Assembly: GCF_035084215.1 (NCBI RefSeq)
Contig: NC_090326.1
Span: forward strand, 35,650,001-35,714,000
Reading direction: 5' to 3'
DNA length: 64,000 nucleotides
Source: Heptranchias perlo
Lineage: Eukaryota
A program made the translations under genes and the position numbers. Positions within the stretch are counted from its first letter, which is position 1. Every line of letters begins with the position of its first letter. Below the pieces are notes generated by a model. It ran no database searches. It worked only from the letters and a program-made list of their open reading frames with translations, and was not told the origin of the DNA. Below are positions 61,780 through 64,000 of this stretch, piece after piece.

Positions 61780-62510
61780 GGGCCTGGAGTTTCCACTTTG
61801 AGCACAATTGGTGTTTGGACGTAAATTGGGCCCAAAAATTGCACTGGCGCAAATTACGCCAAGTTTCCACTAAAATGTATTAACATAATCACAAACACAA
61901 AATCGCCATGAATCAGAATTACAATTTGGGCAGCTTAACATATCGTAATCTTTTATTTTTTTTGCAATAAAAAATGTCATTGATGTATTTAAGAGTGGTA
62001 ACCTGGTGCAGATTTATTAAAACAGCTGAAAATGGGTTTATCACTAAAAATAAGCATTTTAATAAAGGTCTCCAGTCCTTTGCCTATGGGTAACCTGATT
62101 TAAAATCACTGAAAGTGACTCAAAAAAAACTATACTGAAGCATTTACTACTTTCATTGGTGTACACTAGTCAGTTTTTCTGTAAATTAATATTTTTTAAT
62201 ATTTAAAAACATTTAAACAGTGCCTTTGCACCTATGAAAGCTCGCGTAATTTTAAAACCCTCCTCGAACGGCTGCAGGCTGGTGCAATCGGCAGAAACTC
62301 ACCATCCTCGTTGTTTCCAGCGGGGGGGCGTGGCCAGTTTTGTGGGCGGGGCTAGTTTCAGCTTTTTTTAGCCAGCATAAAACATTGCAGAAACTTGACT
62401 TACGCCGGGTGCAAATTACATCCGACGTAATTCGAAATTCCTCTGTCTTGCGCTGATTCGACCAGATTTTTCTGAAAAAGCCAGCACAATCGAGCAGAAA
62501 CTCTGGGCCC
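61780..62510. mobile_element. Probable non-autonomous DNA transposon
   Basis: Imperfect TIRs GGGCCTGGAGTTTCCACT and AGCAGAAACTCTGGGCCC; TSD not matched. Confidence 0.55.
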
Positions 62511-62671
62511 TGAAGTTTAAAACTTACCTGCACAGAAAGCAAGATAGCAATGGATCTCGGAGAAACACTCCAGAAATTTGATCCAGGATGCCATCTAGTG
62601 GTCAGAGCAATCCAATTAATTTTGTGAGATCCACTTCGGAACATTCAATGGGAAATGTGGACATCGAAAAA

Positions 62672-62880
62672 AAAGAAACACTTGCATTTATATAGCGCCT
62701 TTCACAATCTCCAGACGTCCCAAAGCACTTTACAGCCAATGAAGTACTTTTGAAGTGTAGTCACTGTTGTAATGTAGGAAACGTGACAGTCAATTTCTGC
62801 ACAGCAAGGTCCCACAAAAGCAATATAATAATGACCAGATGATCTGTTTTTAGGTGTTGGTTGAAGGATAAATATTAGGA
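62672..62880 (-). mobile_element. DeuSINE 3' part
   Basis: ACTTGCATTTATATAGCGCCTTTCAC...GAAGTACTTTTGAAGTGTAGTCACTGTTGTAATGTAGGAAAC. Confidence 0.88.
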
Positions 62881-64000
62881 ATTTATAATGGAAAAAGTTG
62901 ACATGCAAATATGATCAAAGAAGTAAGGTTTGCAGATAGGATATGGTTGCAGGCATAAGAGTATATATATATAAAAACTGAAATCTTCCTTAGCATTGCT
63001 TATTGAGAGTTGGAGGATATGCTGTCTCATAAAAATAGGAAGTGTTTCGTGGTCTTTTATAACTTTCTTATCCAAGATTATTTCGGCTCTTGTATCTTGT
63101 ACCTTAGATCACTCTCCTGGATGAATCCAAACGCTCCTCACCTTTTGAGAAAGTCTGTCTTTACCTCTGGTTAAGGGTTTGGTAATGTGCTGGGAATAAT
63201 GAAACCGAAAGCCCTGTCTGGCGATTGCTTTTAACTGCTCGACTCCAGTCTGCGAAAGTAATAGAGCATCACGTCAGACCTCATTTTAAGTTTCAAATAT
63301 CAAGTAGATTTATTTTACAAAAGATGAAACAACACATAAGTAATAGTCCTACAACACAGTTATATATTTGGGTAAACAACCTTCCTCCTAACTCCTTGAT
63401 TGGACAAACTAATAGATTGAAACTCTGAGAAGTAAGTTCTCTGTAAATGATTATTAAGTAATATGCAGTGATCTTTTCCTTAAATTTCTTACTTTTATGG
63501 GAGCCTAAACTACACTGTTTCTTGGAAAGTCAAACTGGGATTTTTTTCTCTCTCCTGAGTTTCAAACTGATCTTTTCAAAATTGACTCCACAAAGATTCC
63601 CTTTGATTTGAACAGAGCAGCTCCTTTTTTATATTCTGGAAAAGAGTTACTGGGATTTTGAATATTGTACTACTCAGATTTAAAAAGAAACTCAGTCATA
63701 TACAAACTAAATCCAGTTACACAGCTTTGTTTAAGTTTAAATCATTTCTCTTTCCATCCTGTAACTTGTAACATTTTATCGATAAAGACTTGGTTTTAAG
63801 CTGTTTCTATATTGTGAAAGAGACATCCACTAAATCAAAATTAGACAAAAATACTTAATTTTTGACAGTATTATTAACAAAGTGTGATGGGAAAAGTGTT
63901 ACAGGACATATAAAGGAAGTGCATGTTGTACACAAGACTTTTAATTTATAATACATATGCATACTATGTTATAGATATTTCTGCATATATCAATTATTTT

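Overview
Eukaryotic, repeat-dense vertebrate DNA, most likely from a cartilaginous fish (inferred from its CR1, L2, DeuSINE, Penelope and Harbinger repeat content). The only clear host coding sequence is the large terminal exon of GFOD1 (32500-33419, +). Everything upstream is probably its long intron. A CpG-island promoter with ZNF143/THAP11-type motifs lies at about 58950-59600 and, by vertebrate synteny, is possibly TBC1D7. The rest is layered transposable elements: a near-full-length single-ORF CR1-group (Zenon-like) LINE with a tRNA-like head, plus a SINE built from that LINE's two ends; a complete but decayed two-gene Harbinger transposon (TIRs, AAT TSD) inside a DeuSINE; several non-autonomous Harbinger elements, one carrying a 3.1-kb 34-bp minisatellite that explains all the giant ORFs at 47-50.5 kb; a solo LTR; CR1 and L2 fragments, including a CR1 with twin-priming-type 5' inversion; and two palindromic, TSD-flanked Penelope-type insertions carrying minimal hammerhead ribozyme cores. 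All family assignments come from recognised motifs, not database searches.
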